Part shown: piece after piece, positions 28,272 to 32,000 of the stretch
Position numbering within the stretch: position 1 is the stretch's first letter
Layout: every line of letters starts with the position of its first letter
From: Promethearchaeia archaeon
GTDB lineage: Archaea; Asgardarchaeota; Lokiarchaeia; Sigyniarchaeales; SOKP01
Length of the DNA: 32,000 bases
Direction of reading: 5' to 3'
NCBI GenBank assembly: GCA_046497275.1
Contig: JAWOFX010000052.1
Span: forward strand, 1 to 32,000
The notes under the pieces: generated by a model
Database searches by the model: none
Told to the model about the DNA's origin: nothing
The model's input: the letters and a program-made list of their open reading frames with translations, nothing else
Made by a program: the position numbers and the translations under genes

Positions 28272-29270
28272 TTATCTTTCTTTCATATATCTTCTTTTCC
28301 TTTCTAAACTATCTGGATAACTATCAAGCATTTTATTAAAAACCCTCGCTCCTAAGCTCAATCCCCATACTGAACCATAATTTGATTCTCTATATCGGAT
28401 TTCATTAAAAATCTTAAATTTATCCTTGATATCTTTTAAAAAACCATAAGAACCAGACCAAAGCCTACTTGTTCCCGCCTCTCCATCACCATCAAAACAA
28501 CCCATTAAAAATGGATAATAATAACTCTTATCTGGAAATGATGGTAATCTAATTAAATTTGATTTATTAGGAACAACACCCCAAGATATTAAATCATTGG
28601 CCATCCGCTGATTTGCAAAATGTATCCGAAAATATTTCACTAGCACCCGTCTACCACCATGTTTTTGCCATTCTTCGTGTATATGCTTAAGTTCTTGATT
28701 TAAACTTAATAAATTTATAAATTTATCAATTAATTCATCATCGTCAATTTTTGTTTTCAAACCGATTCTATAATAGCTTCTATAATCATCTTTTTCTTCG
28801 ACTAAATAACCATCTGAATACATAATACCTAATACATATAGTTGATCATTAGTGGTAATTATATCAAAAAAATCAGATTTTAAATCAGGATGAAAAAGTT
28901 TAGATCTCGCCTCGGATCTAATCAAATAGTGTTCAGTCAAATATTTTTCATAATGATTGAATGCATCTAAAAGATCTCGACTTATATTACCACATTTATT
29001 ACATATATATCTTGTAACTTTATTTTTAATAGTTGAATAAGCATCTTCTGTGATATAACCTTCTTTTCCAGATTTAATCCTATGATATTTTTTGGTAATA
29101 TAGTTATCGTGCATGCTTAAGAATTTAGATAATTCATCATTAGTGATTGAAATATTATGGACTCTTTCTAATTCTCTTCGAATCGCTTCTAGTAATTTGT
29201 AAGCAGAATTATTTTTCAGAATTTCATAATTTCCTCTTGGTCTACCACCACGATTTTTACTTTTTCGCAT
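28272..29270 (-). CDS. Freestanding two-motif LAGLIDADG homing endonuclease with N-terminal extension
   Basis: YVLGIMYSDG and FLMGCFDGDG motifs, GVVPNKS linker; no intein or host-gene sequence visible. Confidence 0.85.
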   Translation of the reverse strand: MRKSKNRGGRPRGNYEILKNNSAYKLLEAIRRELERVHNISITNDELSKFLSMHDNYITKKYHRIKSGKEGYITEDAYSTIKNKVTRYICNKCGNISRDLLDAFNHYEKYLTEHYLIRSEARSKLFHPDLKSDFFDIITTNDQLYVLGIMYSDGYLVEEKDDYRSYYRIGLKTKIDDDELIDKFINLLSLNQELKHIHEEWQKHGGRRVLVKYFRIHFANQRMANDLISWGVVPNKSNLIRLPSFPDKSYYYPFLMGCFDGDGEAGTSRLWSGSYGFLKDIKDKFKIFNEIRYRESNYGSVWGLSLGARVFNKMLDSYPDSLERKRRYMKER

Positions 29271-29794
29271 TTTTACATCATTATTTTTTTTAATTTAAAA
29301 AATTAAACTAATTTGTCCCCGATGATTTTTTGATATTCGAATAATTTGATTGCGAAATCCATATACTATATCAATTAACCATCCTACATATATAGAATGA
29401 GCCTCAGAATCTTTCTTTTTTTTTCCGCATTTTTAAGTGGTGACTTTTTTGGATCAAATAGAAATTTCCAATAGAATGAATTATTAAGATATCATTAAAG
29501 GCTCAAAATTGGTTTTTCAGTCATAAACGAAGAAAAAAACTATTTAGAAAATTTAGAAACACATTTACTTTCATACTAGCAGTTTTTATCTCGAATTGGT
29601 TTCTCAAAAGTAAATCTAAGTATTTTTAATGAATTAGATTCAAAATTTAAACATATTTTTGAACTTTTGGAGGAAAAAAATTAATTTAATTTGTTATTCT
29701 TTCAATATTTATTAAAATTCTTAGAAAAAAATCTTTATCTATAGAAATTAGTTTTATAAATATCAGAAATGCTTTTTTCCGAGTAAAGCACCGG

Positions 29795-30193
29795 TTAAAA
29801 AATATCTATCCGTTTTAAGATTTTGTAACTAAGAAATAGCAAAGGAGTTATTAAATATATCACAAAATACAATGGTGTTAATAAATCTGAGTCTGCTAGA
29901 AAGAATAATCCGACCAACCATCCAATTATAAAAGAAATTCCCCAGGAAGACATTCTTCAATAAGATTTATTAAACCAATAAGACTTACCACACCACTTAA
30001 TAAATAAAAGATCCAAATATAATCAGAAGGAAGTAGACCAGTATTGAAAACAACCGATACAATTATTGGAATAATTGAAGGTATTATTCCCCCAAGTATT
30101 ACTTCAAAAGAATGATTTAAACCTTTTTGAAATTTTTCTATTATACCATCTAATACGATTTCTGATAATAATATAGGAATTAGAGTATATCAA
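29795..30193 (-). pseudogene. Frameshifted small membrane-protein gene
   Basis: Frame A: LIPILLSEIVLDG...LSGVVSLIGLINLIE; shift near 29955 to frame B: RMSSWGISFIIGWLVGLFFL...SYKILKRIDIF*; the putative TTG start (30193) is also out of frame with frame A. Confidence 0.5.
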
Positions 30194-30399
30194 TTTTATC
30201 GTATAATTATTTAAGAAGTGAAATCTTCATACATGTAAACTGGAAGAGTTTTTTTGATTTCAAAATTAACATTACATCTAAATTATATTAGTAAAAAAAA
30301 TATATCCTCCAGAATCACAATACATTGGATCACAGTTTATTCAATACTAAAAATATTTTGAAAGAAGCTCAGAGAGATTCTAAAACCCTACTTAATTAG

Positions 30400-30439
30400 A
30401 TTTCTATTTTTGAATATTAGTTTTTCCAGATTAGAAAAT
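30400..30439 (+). repeat. Degenerate direct repeat, right copy
   Basis: atttctatttttgaatattagtttttccagattagaaaat. Confidence 0.75.
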
Positions 30440-30501
30440 TATAAATAAATTAAAATTTAAACCTATTATTATTATTGAAAAAATAGAATTTCTCCTAACA
30501 A

Positions 30502-31323
30502 ATGAATGTTGAAGATTTTGAAGATATAATATACGAAAAAGAAGATAACGGGATTTGTACGGCAACTATCAGCCGACCTGAAAGAAGAAACGCAGTCTCC
30601 TATGTGAGTTTCCTTGAAATTTATACAGTATTAGACGATATGGAACAAGATAAAACCACAAGAGTATTAATTATAACAGGAGATCCTAAGGGACGAGCAT
30701 TCACCTCAGGAGGATATTTCGAGCCTAACTTTTTTGAAAAAGTTCATAAAGATATTAGGGCAGAAATAGATTTAATGGATATAGCCCAGAAGAAAACATG
30801 TATAAAATTCTGGGAATTTTCTAAACCTGTAATTTTTGCTATCAATGGGATGGCGATAGGAGGAGGAATTTCTATGCCTCTTTTAGGGGGAGATCTCATA
30901 TATATGGCGGAAGATGCATGGTTAGGCTTTTATTTTTCAAAAAGGGCTATCATCGGAGAATTTGGGCTGAATTTTATTCTACCTTTTTATTTAGGATTTC
31001 AAAAAGCGAAGGAAATACTATATTTTGGGAACAAAATCTCTGCTCAAGAAGCTCTAGAATTAGGATTGGTTAATGAAGTTGTTCCAAATGATGAACTCCT
31101 TCCTTTTGCCCGAGAGCAAGCGTTAAAATTAATCCCCCCGAAAGGTCCTAGTCTCTCGATTAAATTAATGAAAAAGACATTGCATGCATATTTCAAATCA
31201 ATCTTAGATCAAACGCTCGATTTAGAGAATAAAGGTCTAAGAAAAACATTTCGTTCTAAAGATTTTCATGAATCTATGAAAGCTTTAAAGGAAAAAAGAG
31301 AACCAGAATTTATTGGAAAATAA
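30502..31323 (+). CDS. Enoyl-CoA hydratase/isomerase (crotonase) family protein
   Basis: ISRPERRNAV, FTSGG, IFAINGMAIGGG, ISAQEALELGLVNEVV. Confidence 0.9.
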   Translation: MNVEDFEDIIYEKEDNGICTATISRPERRNAVSYVSFLEIYTVLDDMEQDKTTRVLIITGDPKGRAFTSGGYFEPNFFEKVHKDIRAEIDLMDIAQKKTCIKFWEFSKPVIFAINGMAIGGGISMPLLGGDLIYMAEDAWLGFYFSKRAIIGEFGLNFILPFYLGFQKAKEILYFGNKISAQEALELGLVNEVVPNDELLPFAREQALKLIPPKGPSLSIKLMKKTLHAYFKSILDQTLDLENKGLRKTFRSKDFHESMKALKEKREPEFIGK

Positions 31324-31590
31324 TCACTTCAAAATGATTTCTTTTTTTCTGGTTTATTCGATTATCGGTTTTTTATTAATAGGGAATTTCTATATTTTCT
31401 TTTAAAATAAAAATTCTTCTCGAATTTTGCAATATCTTAGGTCATTATTTAACGATTTTTTAAAATCCATAACTTTTTAAGAGAAAAGCTACTCATAGGT
31501 GCTATTTTTTTTAATATTCTACAGAAAGATCAATTTTATATACGAACTTATCAATAATATTTATTACAAATTTATAAAAACTGATAAAAA

Positions 31591-32000
31591 ATGACACAAG
31601 ATACAACTTCAAAATATGCTGAAAAATTTTGGAAAAAAAATTGGGATGAAGGGCTCGAAGACTTGAGATATGAAGAGTATAATAATACGTATGTTGAATG
31701 GGTAAGCGAGACATTTAAAAAATACTCAGAAAAGGTTGCATATTCTTATTTAGGAATTGAGCATACATTTAAGGAGTTAGATGAATTTTCGAATCAATTC
31801 GCTAATATGCTTATAGAACATGGATTTAATAAAGGGGATACAGTCGGGATTAATTTACCAAATACTCCTGAATATCTAATATCCGTTATTGGAACCCTTA
31901 AGGCGGGATGTATAGTATCTGGAGTATCTCCTTTACTTTCTGCTGTTCAAATCCAGTATCAATTAAATGATTTAGGCGCTAATGGTCAGAAAAAAGTGTG
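31591..32000 (+). CDS. Long-chain fatty acid-CoA ligase, copy 3 (5' part, runs off the window)
   Basis: Own translation: MTQDTTSKYAEKFWKKNWDEG...TFKELDEFSNQFANML...KGDTVGINLPNTPEY...LSAVQIQYQLND. Confidence 0.85.
   Translation, partial: MTQDTTSKYAEKFWKKNWDEGLEDLRYEEYNNTYVEWVSETFKKYSEKVAYSYLGIEHTFKELDEFSNQFANMLIEHGFNKGDTVGINLPNTPEYLISVIGTLKAGCIVSGVSPLLSAVQIQYQLNDLGANGQKKV

Noticed and set aside
29261-29435. 15-bp near repeat (tttttcgcattttta / ttttccgcattttta) at the endonuclease start and 160 bp upstream, with an IYVG-containing short frame
   Set aside because: Low complexity, broken frame and no convincing GIY-YIG motif.
29500-29684. Plus-strand coding-like stretch (INEEKNYLENLETHLLSY*QFLSRIG...LLEEKN*)
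   Set aside because: Internal stop, no start and no recognisable family; possibly a remnant but unsupported.
28050-30439. Endonuclease segment as a large intron, intein or IS
   Set aside because: No interrupted host gene, no splicing motifs, no transposase and no terminal inverted repeats seen.
1543-31714. Many short antisense or overlapping track ORFs (e.g. 1543-1734, 4091-4408, 8251-8541, 13602-13937, 26135-26366, 31511-31714)
   Set aside because: They overlap well-supported genes in other frames or strands and show no motifs.
1-32000. tRNA, rRNA or CRISPR arrays
   Set aside because: No cloverleaf, no GC-rich structured RNA and no regularly spaced repeats seen.

Overview
Strongly AT-rich archaeal DNA, most likely from an Asgard (Lokiarchaeia-like) genome. 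This is inferred from a Loki-CTERM-like IPGY anchor, a 7TM plus longin-like protein, AOR, DUF2769, DUF35, GAGGTGA Shine-Dalgarno motifs and many beta-oxidation paralogues. Most of the window is an acyl-CoA/lipid (possibly sterol or isoprenoid) catabolism region. It holds 3 acyl-CoA ligases, 2 crotonases, 3 thiolase-fold proteins lacking the usual nucleophile Cys, 3 DUF35 and 2 SCP2 proteins, AOR, Fe-ADH, a CrtI-like oxidoreductase, an FNR/2Fe-2S reductase and an NMO/FabK-family flavoprotein. The best finding is in an Ltp3-like thiolase-fold gene (minus strand, 26707->25514). It is interrupted by a 30-nt insert (26519-26548) with two in-frame TAA stops that folds as a near-canonical bulge-helix-bulge. 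Cleavage at the standard bulge positions removes exactly these 30 nt and restores a 387-aa protein, so this is a candidate archaeal mRNA intron. About 1.7 kb away lies a freestanding two-motif LAGLIDADG endonuclease gene inside a ~2.35-kb segment bounded by 40-bp degenerate direct repeats. Also present are an orphan N6-MTase/TRD fusion and a wHTH regulator paired with the 7TM-longin-like protein. All family calls are from motif recognition; no searches were run.
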